A DNA stretch of 64,000 nt from Polyangiaceae bacterium (GCA_050287085.1 JBNKBE010000006.1:207189-271188); one strand, 5' to 3'. Positions 19,808-30,623 are shown, counted from the first letter of the stretch. Notes: generated from the sequence alone by a model not told the origin. Program-made: numbers and translations.

Positions 19808-20752
19808 TCATACAAACAGGGAACTCAATGAGTCGTTGCTGTCAATTCTGCGAATGGCCTCGCCGAGCAATGCGGCCACGGAGAGGTGCACGATCTTCTC
19901 ACTGGCCCGCGCCGCCGGACTCGGTGGGATTGTGTTGGTCACGACCACGCTGCTCAACACCGAAGCATTGATACGCTCCATAGCCGGTCCGCTGAGAATG
20001 CCGTGCGTGGCGCAAGCGCTCACGCTGCTGGCGCCCGCCTCGCGGAGCGCTTGGGCCGCGTTGGTCAGCGTCCCCGCGGTGTCGATCATGTCGTCGACGA
20101 TGATGCAGTCACGATCTGCCACGTCGCCGATGATGTTCATCACCTCGCTGACGTTGGCACGTTCCCGCCGCTTGTCGACGATGGCTAGCGCGACGTTCAA
20201 GTGCTTGGCATACGAACGCGCGCGCTCGACGCCTCCGGCATCCGGACTGACCACGACGGTTCGCTCGCTAACCCGCGGGCGCAGATACTCCAGGAACACC
20301 GGCAGCGCATATAGGTTGTCGGTAGGAAAACGGAAGAAGCCCTGAATCTGCCCGGCGTGCAGGTCCATACACACCGCCCGGGTAACGCCCGCGACCTCGA
20401 GCAAGTCTGCGACGAGCTTGGCGGTAATGGGCGTCCGCGGCGCCACCTTCCTGTCCTGACGGGCGTAGCCGAAGTAGGGGAAGACTGCCGTGATCGACCC
20501 CGCGGAGGCGCGCCGCAGAGCGTCACATAAAATAAGCAGTTCCATCAGCGTATCGTTTGCCGGTTGGCACGTAGGCTGAATGACAAATGTATGAAGCCCC
20601 CGCACGTTCTCCTGGATACGGCAGAACATCTCGCCATCGCTGAAACGCGAGAGCTTCACCTCGGCCAAGCGCGTGCCTAGGGCTTCCGCAATATCAGCCC
20701 CAAGACTGGGGTTGGCGTTGCCCGAGAATAGGCAGAGGCTCTTGATGGACAT
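19808..20752 (-). CDS. prs: Ribose-phosphate pyrophosphokinase
   Basis: FSDGE, PYFGYARQDRK, DLHAGQIQGFF, VSPDAGG, VDDMIDTAGTL. Confidence 0.98.
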   Translation of the reverse strand: MSIKSLCLFSGNANPSLGADIAEALGTRLAEVKLSRFSDGEMFCRIQENVRGLHTFVIQPTCQPANDTLMELLILCDALRRASAGSITAVFPYFGYARQDRKVAPRTPITAKLVADLLEVAGVTRAVCMDLHAGQIQGFFRFPTDNLYALPVFLEYLRPRVSERTVVVSPDAGGVERARSYAKHLNVALAIVDKRRERANVSEVMNIIGDVADRDCIIVDDMIDTAGTLTNAAQALREAGASSVSACATHGILSGPAMERINASVLSSVVVTNTIPPSPAARASEKIVHLSVAALLGEAIRRIDSNDSLSSLFV

Positions 20753-20926
20753 GGCTTTGGTTCTTCCGCGAAAGCACCGGTTGTCTCGTGGGTGAAACCA
20801 CCGAGGGCTCGAGCGTTGAGGGGTCGCACAAATCCGCGCTCGAATCAGGCGCGGCCCCTTTTGGGGGCGGGTTTCCTAGCAGCTGTCCCAGTTGGTGTCA
20901 ACGCCGCGCTCGCACGTCGCCGTCCG

Positions 20927-22810
20927 CTATAGGTAGGGGTTCTCGACGTCGAGGCGCTTCGCTGGTTTCTTCTTTGGGCTCGCGACGTTAGGCGCCGGAC
21001 TCGGCAGCGCGCGCGGGCGCGGCGAAACGGGGACGGCGCCGGCGCCAGAAGGCGTCTGCGCTCGCTGAGCAGCCGCTCCCGACTCGACCGGAGAGCTCTC
21101 CGAGCCCACCTCGCTCCCGTTTCCCTCCCGGGGTGTTGCTGCTACGACGGATGCCGAGCTCGACGGCGGATCTGCCGGCTCGGCACTCGACGCCGAGTGC
21201 ACGGACGCACTCGAGGACGCGGATGCCGCACGCAGGGCGTGAGCGCTTTCACCCTCACCTCGCTGGGCAGACGGCTCGCTCTGGCTCGAAGAGCCCAGTA
21301 CGATGCCCACCACCAGCACGCCGAGAGCAAGCCCCGACGCCGCGAACATCCATAACGAACGCCGAGAGCGGCTGGGACTCGCAAACGGTGCCACGGGCTC
21401 CAGCAAAGGGGACGGCGCGGAAGGCGCTGCCTCCGAACGCGGCAGCGCCGACCCCGGCCCCCAGGGCAAGGGACGAGCGACGGCGCCAGCGGGCAAAGGA
21501 GGCGGCACGGCTACGGGCGAAGCGACCCCGGACGAAGCGACCCCGGACAGCAGCGCCGCGGGAGGTGGCGCGGCAAGCGGCGCTGCAGCAGGCGGCGCTG
21601 CGGAAGCAGGAGCTGTCCGAGCTGGCGGCGCGGGTCGGGCACGCCTCAAAGGCACCGCCGGTTGCACGGACGAATCGGGGGGGGATTCGACGACCTCAAC
21701 CGAGGCGCGGAGCAGCGGTGGAGGGCCCGACGTCGCGGGTCGCACGCTCGACATCTCGCCCACGGGCTGGCCCGGCGCTACCTGCGCCTGGGGAATGGCC
21801 CCTGTGCCGAGCTGCTGAGACCAGGCTCGCAGCGCCTGCCGATGCCGCGCGATCGGAGCCGCCGCCATCTCTTCGACGTACTGAGCCACATCGCGATGGG
21901 TGGCCAGCAAGCCCGCAGCCATCGCGGCTCGCTCGAGCGAATCAGCAAATTCGAGACAAGACTGAAACCGTTGGTGCGTCTCGCGCTGGAGGGCCTTGAG
22001 ACAGATGGCCGCAATCTGCTCCGGGACCTGCGGATTGACCCGCCGAGGAGAGACGATCCGCTCGCTCAGCACCCGGTTGAGGGTAGCAACGTGATTGTCT
22101 GCCTTGAAGAGACGCCTGAAGGCGAGCACCTCCCAAAGGACAACCCCAGCGGCAAAGACGTCCGTCGTACGCTCGACATCCTCCTCGCCACGCGCCTGCT
22201 CAGGCGCCATATAGGCCAACTTGCCTTTCAACGTGCCAGCGCGAGTAGCGGACAGGCGGCTTGCTGCCCGAGCCACCCCAAAGTCAGTGATGCGCGCGAT
22301 GCCGTCCGTTCCGACCAGCGCGTTCTGCGGCGACACATCCCGATGCACCAACCCGATAGGCTCTCCGGTGGCGCTCTTGAGTTCGTGCGCCGCATGCAGT
22401 CCGTGAAGTAAGTCAACGACGATACGGAGCGAGACGGGCAAAGGGATACGACTGCCGCGCGCCGCCGACTCGGACAGGAGCGCAGCGAGCGTGTCACCCT
22501 CGATGTACTCCATCACCAGGAAGTAGCCGGACTCCGCATGCCCCAGCTCCAGAATGGGCACAACATTCGGATGATGAATAAGCGCCGCAACCCTCGCTTC
22601 ATCCAAGAACATCTGAACGAACTCCGCGTTCTTGTTCAGATGCGGGTGAAGACGCTTGAGAGCAACCGTGCGCTGGAAGCCACCCATGCCGGCCAGTCGC
22701 GCAAGAAAGACGGTGGCCATTCCGCCCACTGCAATCTCGGCGACCAGGTGGTAGCGACCCAGTTGGGCCCCTACCGTGGGGCCCAGATTCTCTTCGATAG
22801 GTGACGTCAG
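20927..22810 (-). CDS. Hanks-type Ser/Thr protein kinase with Pro/Ala-rich linker and one TM helix
   Basis: GGMATV, VALKRL, HRDVSPQN, DFG, YMAPEQ; frame extends upstream of GTG 22729 through GRYHLVAEIA, start inferred at CTG 22810. Confidence 0.9.
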   Translation of the reverse strand: MTSPIEENLGPTVGAQLGRYHLVAEIAVGGMATVFLARLAGMGGFQRTVALKRLHPHLNKNAEFVQMFLDEARVAALIHHPNVVPILELGHAESGYFLVMEYIEGDTLAALLSESAARGSRIPLPVSLRIVVDLLHGLHAAHELKSATGEPIGLVHRDVSPQNALVGTDGIARITDFGVARAASRLSATRAGTLKGKLAYMAPEQARGEEDVERTTDVFAAGVVLWEVLAFRRLFKADNHVATLNRVLSERIVSPRRVNPQVPEQIAAICLKALQRETHQRFQSCLEFADSLERAAMAAGLLATHRDVAQYVEEMAAAPIARHRQALRAWSQQLGTGAIPQAQVAPGQPVGEMSSVRPATSGPPPLLRASVEVVESPPDSSVQPAVPLRRARPAPPARTAPASAAPPAAAPLAAPPPAALLSGVASSGVASPVAVPPPLPAGAVARPLPWGPGSALPRSEAAPSAPSPLLEPVAPFASPSRSRRSLWMFAASGLALGVLVVGIVLGSSSQSEPSAQRGEGESAHALRAASASSSASVHSASSAEPADPPSSSASVVAATPREGNGSEVGSESSPVESGAAAQRAQTPSGAGAVPVSPRPRALPSPAPNVASPKKKPAKRLDVENPYL

Positions 22811-24126
22811 AAGGCCCCCCTTGCTCCCATCATCGATGCTCCGCCGGGCCCGACCCAGGAGTGCATTGCGACCCCGCTAGCGCCCGGGTCCTCCGCCTCG
22901 GCCGCTGCAAAATCTGTGAAGAGCGCCAACGTCACAACAACGGCCACGCTCGCCGCGCTGACGCCCCAGAGGATGTTGGTTCGCCGCTGATTTTTGAGTC
23001 CGCGCTGGTAGGTCGGACAACTCACGTCGCCGGCAACGCAATCGCGCAGCACCGCTTCCTTCCCCGGGTTGTTCTGCGTGTCGATGGCGCTCCACGTCGC
23101 CGCACCGAGCAGCGCCGCCGAAACCCCGACGCCGCTATAAAGCCAGAGCGGACTGAGCCCCTTCGCCTCCCGAGCTGAGGACCGTCCTGCAGTGTCGCCG
23201 ATGGGGGGGCTCGAACTCGACGTGACCGCGCCGTCGTGGACCCCCGCACGCGCCGGCTCGGACGCTCGCGCCTCGCCCTCGCTGACTCCGAACTGCAGAG
23301 TCTCCGATGCGCCGCGCTCCACGCTGAAGCTACGAACGTCGCTCTGCTGCACCCCTTCTGCCACCCAGGATACGCGTACCTGGTGGCTGCCCGGCGTGAC
23401 ATAGAAGGTTCTCTGCCGCAGCGCGGGACCGTGTTGCGGCTGATCGTCGAGAACGACCAAGCACCCACTCGAACAACGCAGGAGCAGCCGGCCGCCGTCC
23501 TGCTTGGCGTGCTTGAGCCATGCCGCGTGCTGCTCGAAGCGGGCGTCTCCTGGATACAATTGCTGGCCGAGGCTTATCAACGTAGCCGCTTCGGCACTAC
23601 GGCCCGCTTCCTCATACGAACCGATGGCCAGGTCGAGCACTAGCGGATTGGGTACCAGGGAGTCCGCTCGCAGGAAATGCGACGCGGCGCTCATGTAGTC
23701 ACCGTCGTTGAAGGCATCCTTGCCCACGCTAAAAGCGCTGGCCGCTTGCGCTTTGACGCCCGAGTCATCGACGCTTGGGTCGTCGCTCGGGGCTGACTCC
23801 GCGCTAACCTCCTCCGCGTCCGGAGCCGTCGCGACGTCCCCATCGACAGTACCCGAGCCCAGGCCCGGGTCCTCCGCTGAGCTCTCGTCGACGCTTCCAG
23901 ACCGCTCGCCCTGTTCGCTTTCCGCCGCCAAAGGCGCGGCGCTGGCCTCTTGAGCCACCGCGGAGCTCACCAGGAGCCAGCCGCCCAGCGTCCACACACA
24001 AGCGAGGACGCTGTAGAAGAGGCAAGTGCGCGACCGTCTCATGCCCCGCTCTGCGGCGGGGCCTAAGACAAACTCATCGCCCCCGTCGCCGGGGGCCGTC
24101 TGGGCTAGTTCTTCCGGAAATTTCAT
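22807..24126 (-). CDS. TPR/PEGA-like exported membrane-anchored protein
   Basis: Signal-like segment, TPR (AFSVGKDAFNDGDY), beta-rich PEGA-like part (VTPGSHQVRV), two C-terminal TM segments; start may be ATG 24042. Confidence 0.75.
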   Translation of the reverse strand: MKFPEELAQTAPGDGGDEFVLGPAAERGMRRSRTCLFYSVLACVWTLGGWLLVSSAVAQEASAAPLAAESEQGERSGSVDESSAEDPGLGSGTVDGDVATAPDAEEVSAESAPSDDPSVDDSGVKAQAASAFSVGKDAFNDGDYMSAASHFLRADSLVPNPLVLDLAIGSYEEAGRSAEAATLISLGQQLYPGDARFEQHAAWLKHAKQDGGRLLLRCSSGCLVVLDDQPQHGPALRQRTFYVTPGSHQVRVSWVAEGVQQSDVRSFSVERGASETLQFGVSEGEARASEPARAGVHDGAVTSSSSPPIGDTAGRSSAREAKGLSPLWLYSGVGVSAALLGAATWSAIDTQNNPGKEAVLRDCVAGDVSCPTYQRGLKNQRRTNILWGVSAASVAVVVTLALFTDFAAAEAEDPGASGVAMHSWVGPGGASMMGARGAF

Positions 24127-24326
24127 CAGCGGGGACCCGTGTTGGCTCGGTCCAAAGGGGCTGCATTATCATATGTAGAAATGCGAACCCCGGGTCCAGA
24201 GAACCCGCGGCCAGAAGGCACCACAACCGCACTACGTACAGTCACCTACCGGCGAAGGTTCCGATTTCGCATCCCTGATTGCGACCGCACGGTATTCATC
24301 TGTGCAGGCTGCAGGAAGGCCGGGCC

Positions 24327-25685
24327 TCACATATTGACGAGGAGCTGGTCGGGGCTCTGCAGCATCCCGATCACGTCGTTGGTGAAAGCTGCGCCGTCGG
24401 CCCCGTCAATGATGCGGTGGTCAAACGACAGACTCAGATCCATCACGTGTCCAACGACTATCTCGTCGTTCTTCACCACCGGACGCTTCTTCATTTCCGG
24501 GACAAACAAGATCCCCACCTCGGGGTAATTGACAACGGGCGTTGCCATCAGCCCACCGAGCTTTCCGAGGGATGTGATGGTGAAAGACGAGCCCCCAAGA
24601 TCCTCGCGCCGCGTCTTGCCTATCCGAGCTTCGTGCGCCAGGCGCCAAATCTCTTGGGCGATATCCACTAGCGTCATGCGGTCAGCACCACGCAAAACGG
24701 GGACGATCAGCCCCGCGGGCGTCGCGACGGCGATACCGATATCGTAGGTCTTCCGCATCACGATCTCCTTACTGGTATCGTCGACCAGAGAGTTCATGAT
24801 CGGATGACGCTTGAGGGCGGCGACAACCGCTTTGACGATGAAAGGCAGGAAGCTGAGCTTTGCGGCACCAACGCCAGGCACGACCTCTGGAAGCGCGGCA
24901 AGCGCTGCCTCCGCGTGAGACTTCAACCTTCCACGCAGAGCCCGGAGCTCCGTGCACTCGCACTCGTCGACGTAGGTGAAGTGCGCGGCAGTGTGGACGG
25001 AACGCGCCATGCTTTCGTAGGTGCGCTTGCGCATCCCACGTATTGGAATTCGCTCTTCGGCTGCGCCAACTGGTACCGGCGCAGCGGCGGGTACCGGCGC
25101 AATGGCGGGGGCCGCCGCCGCGGAGCTCGCCACCACCCCACCCCCGGCGGCGAAGCGCTCCACATCCTCACGCGTGACGCGTCCGGCTTCACCCGTCGGC
25201 GGCACCCGCTGAATGTCAACGCCCAGCTCACGAGCCAGCTTGCGCGTGGCCGGTGCAGCCAATGGCTTGTCGTTGAAATAGTCACCCGTGGCAGGCGCCG
25301 CGCTTTTCGCCACGGCCGGAGCCGGCGCCTGCGCCGGAGCTTGCACCAGGGCCCCGGTGCCCGGCAGTTCATCTTTGATGTCACCGGCAGCGGAGGCCGC
25401 GGGGGCCTCTGCCGCGGCCGGTTCTGGCGCCGCACCCGCACCGTCCGTCTCCAACACGACGATGACCTCCCCAACGGGCACCGTGTCCCCTTCTTGCGCG
25501 TTGATCTGCGCAACGACACCCGCGCGCGGCGCCCCGATGGTGACGGTCGCCTTGTCGGTCATGACTTCGACCATGTCCTGGTCCTCAGCGATATTGTCAC
25601 CGACCTTGACGAGCCAGCTAACAATCTCACCCTCCGATACGCCTTCACCAATATCCGGAAGTTTGAACTCGAACTTTGACATCAA
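24327..25685 (-). CDS. pdhC: 2-oxoacid dehydrogenase E2 dihydrolipoamide acyltransferase
   Basis: Lipoyl motif EVMTDKATV, E3-binding AAPATRKLARELG, catalytic DHRIIDG; PDH versus BCKDH specificity not resolved. Confidence 0.9.
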   Translation of the reverse strand: MMSKFEFKLPDIGEGVSEGEIVSWLVKVGDNIAEDQDMVEVMTDKATVTIGAPRAGVVAQINAQEGDTVPVGEVIVVLETDGAGAAPEPAAAEAPAASAAGDIKDELPGTGALVQAPAQAPAPAVAKSAAPATGDYFNDKPLAAPATRKLARELGVDIQRVPPTGEAGRVTREDVERFAAGGGVVASSAAAAPAIAPVPAAAPVPVGAAEERIPIRGMRKRTYESMARSVHTAAHFTYVDECECTELRALRGRLKSHAEAALAALPEVVPGVGAAKLSFLPFIVKAVVAALKRHPIMNSLVDDTSKEIVMRKTYDIGIAVATPAGLIVPVLRGADRMTLVDIAQEIWRLAHEARIGKTRREDLGGSSFTITSLGKLGGLMATPVVNYPEVGILFVPEMKKRPVVKNDEIVVGHVMDLSLSFDHRIIDGADGAAFTNDVIGMLQSPDQLLVNM

Positions 25686-26662
25686 TCTTGGTCTTTCGCA
25701 GTCTTGAGAATGGCAGGTAGTATGCGGTGCGACAGAGGTAGATACTCCATCTCGAGCGCATAGGGAAACGGGGTATCAAAGCCCGTAACGCGAACTGGCG
25801 GCGCCTGAAGGTGGTAAAATGATCTTTCGGTCAACAGGCTGACGATCTCTGCTCCGAGGCCCCCCGTACGCGGCGCCTCATGCACCACCACCAAGCGCCC
25901 GGTCTTGCGCACCGACGCAACAACGGTGTCAATGTCGAGCGGCCACAGCGTGCGCAGGTCGATGACCTCAGCATCGACCCCCTGTTCCGACGCCTTGGCG
26001 GCTGCGTCGAGAATCTCATAGATCATGGCGCCGTACCCCACCACGGTGACGTCGCGGCCCGGACGGGGAACCGCCGCTGAGCCCAGGGGTACGAGGTACT
26101 CGCCTTCCGGAACCTCGCCCTTGGCTGCGCGATATACGCGCTTCGGCTCGAAGAAGATCACCGGATCCGGATCGCGCACCGAGGCTAGAAGCAAGCCCTT
26201 GGCATCCCTCGGGTTCGAGGGACAGACCAGCTTGATGCCCGGCACGGGCAAGAACTGAGCTTCCGGATGCTGAGAATGGTAGTGCCCACCGCGGATGCCG
26301 CCGCCCACGGGCGTTCGGATCACCATTGAGGCGCTGAAATCGCCACCGGAGCGGTAGCGCAGCTTGCTCAATTCGTTGACGATCTGGTCGTAGGCGGGCC
26401 AGAAGAAGTCGGAAAACTGCATCTCGGGAATCGGCACCAGGCCGTACATCGCCATGCCGACGGCGCAGCCGATGATACCGAGCTCGCTCAGCGGCGTATC
26501 GATGACTCGGTCGTCCCCAAATTCGGCGTGCAACCCCTGCGTGACGCGAAAAACGCCACCGACACGGCCCACATCCTCACCGAGAACGACCACGCGATCG
26601 TCACGCCTCATTTCGAGCCGCAGGCCGTCGTTGATCGCCTGAACCATGTTTAGCAGAGGCAT
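25682..26662 (-). CDS. pdhB: 2-oxoacid dehydrogenase E1 beta subunit
   Basis: GEDVG..GGVFR, DTPLSE, HSQHPE, IDLRTL.PLD. Confidence 0.92.
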   Translation of the reverse strand: MPLLNMVQAINDGLRLEMRRDDRVVVLGEDVGRVGGVFRVTQGLHAEFGDDRVIDTPLSELGIIGCAVGMAMYGLVPIPEMQFSDFFWPAYDQIVNELSKLRYRSGGDFSASMVIRTPVGGGIRGGHYHSQHPEAQFLPVPGIKLVCPSNPRDAKGLLLASVRDPDPVIFFEPKRVYRAAKGEVPEGEYLVPLGSAAVPRPGRDVTVVGYGAMIYEILDAAAKASEQGVDAEVIDLRTLWPLDIDTVVASVRKTGRLVVVHEAPRTGGLGAEIVSLLTERSFYHLQAPPVRVTGFDTPFPYALEMEYLPLSHRILPAILKTAKDQD

Positions 26663-26684
26663 TCGTCAGTTGCTCCCGAAAGCG

Positions 26685-27770
26685 TCAATGCTGCGGTGCG
26701 CGGGGACCGGTGAGCAGTTGCTGGCATTGCTCATCGAGGTTCCACGTTCGCTCCGCATAGACGTCGTCAAACATCGACTCTAGGGATGGCTTCGGTTGCG
26801 CTTCCGCCGACGCCACCGCCGCTTTGAACTCAGTCTCGATGCGCGTTTTGAGATCCATATCAGCGGCTTCCGACCAAGCGTCGTTGCGCTCTAGGTAGCC
26901 GCGCACCAGCGCCAGCGGATCTCGCGATTTCCAAGCTTCTAGGTCCTCAGGACCACGGTAGGCGTTCGGATCGTCGTTGGTCGAGTGCCCACCCATCCGG
27001 TAGGTCAATGCTTCGATTAGCGTGGGCCCCTCTCCCCGGCTGGCACGCGCTATGGCGCGGCGCACCTCATAGACGATCGCAAACAGATCGTTTCCGTCGA
27101 CTCTTACCCCCGGCACCCCGTAAGCGTCCGCCTTTTGCGCAAAGGTGGCGGACGCCGTCTGACGCTCCGTGGGGACACTGATGGCCCAACCGTTGTTGCG
27201 CAGCAAAAACACGGTTGGCGCTTTGAACACACCGGCCATGTTCATTCCGGCGTGAAACTCGCTGGAGCTGGTGGCACCGTCTCCGAAGAATACGAGCGTC
27301 GCCAGGTCGTCTTTTCGCAACTTGGCTGCCCAGGCGAACCCCACCGCTTGCGTGATTTGGGTCCCAACGGGCGAACTGATGCTGACGAACTTGTGCTCCC
27401 GCGAGGTGTAGTGATCGGGCATCTGCCGCCCTTTGACGGTGTCGCGAGCGTTGCCGAACATGTTGTCGATGAATGCCTGGAAGGGCAGCCCTCGCAGCAG
27501 CGCCGCGCCAAACTCGCGATAACAGGGAAACAGCCAATCCTGGGGTCTGACCGCCAGCGCGGCCCCGACAATCGCCGCCTCTTCGCCCAGCGATCCGACG
27601 TGGAAGCCGATGCGTCCCTGCCGCTGGAGCGCGGTCAGGCGGCCATCGAGCAGACGCGTCTTGACCATCCCTTCGTACCCGCGCACGACCTCTGGCAACG
27701 TCAGCCCAGGATCGCGCTCGGGGTCGAGCGTGCCGTCCTCGCGCAGCGTTCGAACAATCTCCGAGCTCAT
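26685..27770 (-). CDS. pdhA: 2-oxoacid dehydrogenase E1 alpha subunit
   Basis: LQRQGRIGF, TPP motif GDGATS...NN, YRMGGHSTNDDP; ATG at 27770. Confidence 0.92.
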   Translation of the reverse strand: MSSEIVRTLREDGTLDPERDPGLTLPEVVRGYEGMVKTRLLDGRLTALQRQGRIGFHVGSLGEEAAIVGAALAVRPQDWLFPCYREFGAALLRGLPFQAFIDNMFGNARDTVKGRQMPDHYTSREHKFVSISSPVGTQITQAVGFAWAAKLRKDDLATLVFFGDGATSSSEFHAGMNMAGVFKAPTVFLLRNNGWAISVPTERQTASATFAQKADAYGVPGVRVDGNDLFAIVYEVRRAIARASRGEGPTLIEALTYRMGGHSTNDDPNAYRGPEDLEAWKSRDPLALVRGYLERNDAWSEAADMDLKTRIETEFKAAVASAEAQPKPSLESMFDDVYAERTWNLDEQCQQLLTGPRAPQH

Positions 27771-28052
27771 CGTCGCCTCCCGGCCGCCGCGGAAACGGCC
27801 CTGAGCTCGCGTGCAAGCTCCGCAGCCGAGGGGCGGAATGAGGCACGGCCCGCTGCCGCGGAGGCAGACGGAATGACAACGGAGGACGGTTCGAGGGCGA
27901 TCATGCGGTGCAATCGAAGGCGGAGCATGTGCGGCGTGCCGCCGGAAAGGGGGCATAGCAATACTCGTTCGGCCTGACAAACGCTAGCGATCGGTCCGCA
28001 GGCTGCGGCGTACCTGGCCCGCCCGCCGCCTATTGAGTGGTGGTAGGGGCCG

Positions 28053-28087
28053 ACCGTATGCAGGCCCACCGTATGCAGGCACACCGT
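28053..28087. repeat. 15-bp tandem repeat ACCGTATGCAGGC(C/A)C, about 2.3 copies
   Basis: Copies at 28053 and 28068 in the lipA-pdhA spacer. Confidence 0.75.
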
Positions 28088-28113
28088 GCGACGTCGGCCC
28101 AACACTTGACCGG

Positions 28114-29190
28114 CTAGCGCCGAACGAGGGCGCTTGCGGCGATCAAAGGGCTGGTCTCGCCGTGACGCGCCATCAAGGGTGTGTTGTGAGCCTGCGAAGA
28201 CAGGGGCCGGGTATCAGTCGGCAATCCGGCCCGCTGGGCCTCCTCCGGTGCGAAGCGACTGGCCACAAACGCCTCAGCCGCATGGTAGCTAGAACGCACC
28301 AGAGGCCCGGAAGCCACGAAATCGAATCCCAGGGCCCGACCGTGTGTTTCGTAACGAGCGAATTGCTCAGGCTCTACGTATCGTACCACCGGCGCATGCT
28401 TCGACGTGGGACTGAGATATTGCCCCAGCGTGACGATATCGACGCGGGCCTTGCGGAGGTCCTCCATGGTCTGCATCACCTCGTCGTCAGTCTCGCCCAA
28501 GCCCACCATGATCGAGCTCTTGGTCAAGCGCTCCGGGGCCAATGACTTGGCCAGTTCAAGCACGGCAAGAGACTGATCGTAGCTGCAGCGCGGATCGCGA
28601 ATCTTCGGAGTCAGTGCGCGAGTGACCTCTATGTTGTGAGCGAATACGTCCGGCCCGCCACGCTGCAGTGTCTCGATGCTGCTTCGCCGCCCTTGAAAGT
28701 CGCCCACCAGCGTTTCGACGAGCAGTCCAGGCTGGCGACGCTTGAGAGCGCTCACGGTTTCGGCAACGTGTGCCGCACCCCCGTCGAGCAAATCGTCACG
28801 GTCGACCATCGTAAGCACGACGTAGCGCAGCCCCAGCTGAGACAAAGCGCGTGCGACATGCTCCGGCTCACGCGGGTCGACCGCGCCGCGCGGGTTGCCG
28901 GTCTTGACGGCACAAAAGCGGCAGCCACGCGTGCAGGTATGACCCAAGATCATGACGGTGGCCGTGCCTTGGGTCCAGCACTCACCGACGTTCGGACAGC
29001 GGGCTTCCTCGCACACCGTGTAGAGATCGAGCTCTCGCAAGGTGCGCTTGATCCGCGTGTAGTTCTCTCCTCCTGGAGCTCGCACCTTGAGCCATGCCGG
29101 CTTGGGCTCACGACGCGGTTGCGGCGTGCTCGTTCCCACCGCAGAGCTCGCACCCGCGAGCTCCGGGCGCCCCTCGGAGTCGCGACTCAC
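28114..29190 (-). CDS. lipA: Lipoyl synthase
   Basis: CEEARCPNVGEC, CTRGCRFC, GQYL, RSSY. Confidence 0.98.
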   Translation of the reverse strand: MSRDSEGRPELAGASSAVGTSTPQPRREPKPAWLKVRAPGGENYTRIKRTLRELDLYTVCEEARCPNVGECWTQGTATVMILGHTCTRGCRFCAVKTGNPRGAVDPREPEHVARALSQLGLRYVVLTMVDRDDLLDGGAAHVAETVSALKRRQPGLLVETLVGDFQGRRSSIETLQRGGPDVFAHNIEVTRALTPKIRDPRCSYDQSLAVLELAKSLAPERLTKSSIMVGLGETDDEVMQTMEDLRKARVDIVTLGQYLSPTSKHAPVVRYVEPEQFARYETHGRALGFDFVASGPLVRSSYHAAEAFVASRFAPEEAQRAGLPTDTRPLSSQAHNTPLMARHGETSPLIAASALVRR

Positions 29191-30623
29191 GCTCCCTCCT
29201 CGAGCAAGCGCTGGAGAAGATCGCTGACGAGTTTTGGATCGGCTGAACCCTTTGTTTCTCGCATCACTTGCCCGACAAAGAATCCAAGAGTCCCGGTCTT
29301 GCCAGAACGATACTGCTCAACCGCCTTGGGATTGTTTTTGACCACGGCTTCGCAAATCGGGCGGAGCTCGCCTTCATTCGACTGCACTTGCAGACCGCGC
29401 TCCTGCACGATTTGCTCGGCAGTCTTGCCAGGTTCATTCTGCAGAGCGGCATAGACCGCTTTCGCCTGTTTGCCACTGATCTGTCCCTGCTCGACCAATG
29501 CCAGCAGCCCAGCTACCTGCTCGGCCGTAACCGGCAGCGTTGCCTCGAGTCCAGAGGTGCTGACGTCACGCATGACCTCACTCGTCACCCAATTGGCGGC
29601 CTTCGGGGCGTTCGGATAGAGCGCCAGCACGTCCTCGAAGAACCGCGTGATCACCGGATGTGATGTCAAGGTTTGTGCGGCTTCGGCGCTCAGCCCGAGC
29701 TCCTCGCTATAACGCCGGCGGACGGACTGCGGCAGCTCGGGCAGTTGGGACTGTTCGGCCGCCACCCACTGCGCGTCGATGAAAAGAGGGGGCAAGTCTG
29801 GATCGGGGAAGTAGCGATAGTCGTGAGCATCCGCTTTGGAACGCAAAGTGCGCGTCTGGTGCCGATCGGGATCGTAGGAGCGGGTCTCTTGCACGATGCT
29901 ACCGCCGCTTTCGATGACCTCGATCTGGCGCTCGATCTCGCAGTCGATGGCGCGTTGCACAAAGCGAAAGGAATTGAGGTTCTTCAGCTCGGTGCGTGTT
30001 CCAAACGCGGCTTGTCCCACCGGGCGGATCGATACGTTCGCGTCGCATCGAAAGCTGCCTTCCTCGAGATTGCCGTCGTTGACGCCGATGAAGACCAGGA
30101 TCTCCCGGAGGGCGCGCAAGTAGGCTGCGGCCTCGGCACTGGAACGCAGATCAGGTTCGCCCACGATTTCGATGAGGGGTGTCCCAGCGCGGTTGAGATC
30201 AACAACCGAACTGCCTCCGACGCCGTGCACGTTCTTTCCGGCGTCCTCTTCCAAGTGTACGCGAGTGATCCCGGCGCGTTTTGGGCGGCCCTCGACGACG
30301 ATGTCCAGGTGGCCGCAACCCGAGAAAGGCCGCTCGAACTGACTTATCTGATAGCCCTTCGGCAGGTCGGGGTAGAAGTACTGCTTGCGCGCGAAGAAGC
30401 TCTGTTCGTGGATTTCGCAGTTGAGAGCCAACGCCGCGCGCACCCCCATGGCGACGGCAGCCCGGTTGGCGACCGGCAAGGCACCTGGCCAAGCCAAACA
30501 TACCGGGCAGACCTGCGAATTGGGCGCCTGCCCCACCTTCACGGCGCAGCGACAAAAGAGCTTGCTCCGCGTGAGGAGTTGAGCGTGGACTTCTAGGCCA
30601 ATGACGGGTTCGTACTGAGTCAT
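29187..30623 (-). CDS. gatB: Asp-tRNA(Asn)/Glu-tRNA(Gln) amidotransferase subunit B
   Basis: VIGLEVHAQL, YPDLPKGYQISQ, HLEEDAGK, RCDANVS, DYRYFPDPDL. Confidence 0.98.
   Translation of the reverse strand: MTQYEPVIGLEVHAQLLTRSKLFCRCAVKVGQAPNSQVCPVCLAWPGALPVANRAAVAMGVRAALALNCEIHEQSFFARKQYFYPDLPKGYQISQFERPFSGCGHLDIVVEGRPKRAGITRVHLEEDAGKNVHGVGGSSVVDLNRAGTPLIEIVGEPDLRSSAEAAAYLRALREILVFIGVNDGNLEEGSFRCDANVSIRPVGQAAFGTRTELKNLNSFRFVQRAIDCEIERQIEVIESGGSIVQETRSYDPDRHQTRTLRSKADAHDYRYFPDPDLPPLFIDAQWVAAEQSQLPELPQSVRRRYSEELGLSAEAAQTLTSHPVITRFFEDVLALYPNAPKAANWVTSEVMRDVSTSGLEATLPVTAEQVAGLLALVEQGQISGKQAKAVYAALQNEPGKTAEQIVQERGLQVQSNEGELRPICEAVVKNNPKAVEQYRSGKTGTLGFFVGQVMRETKGSADPKLVSDLLQRLLEEGA

Noticed and set aside
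24327..27770. E1a-E1b-E2 cluster lacking E3 (lpd), and gatB without gatCA
   Set aside because: Split arrangements like these are common; the partners are probably elsewhere in the genome.
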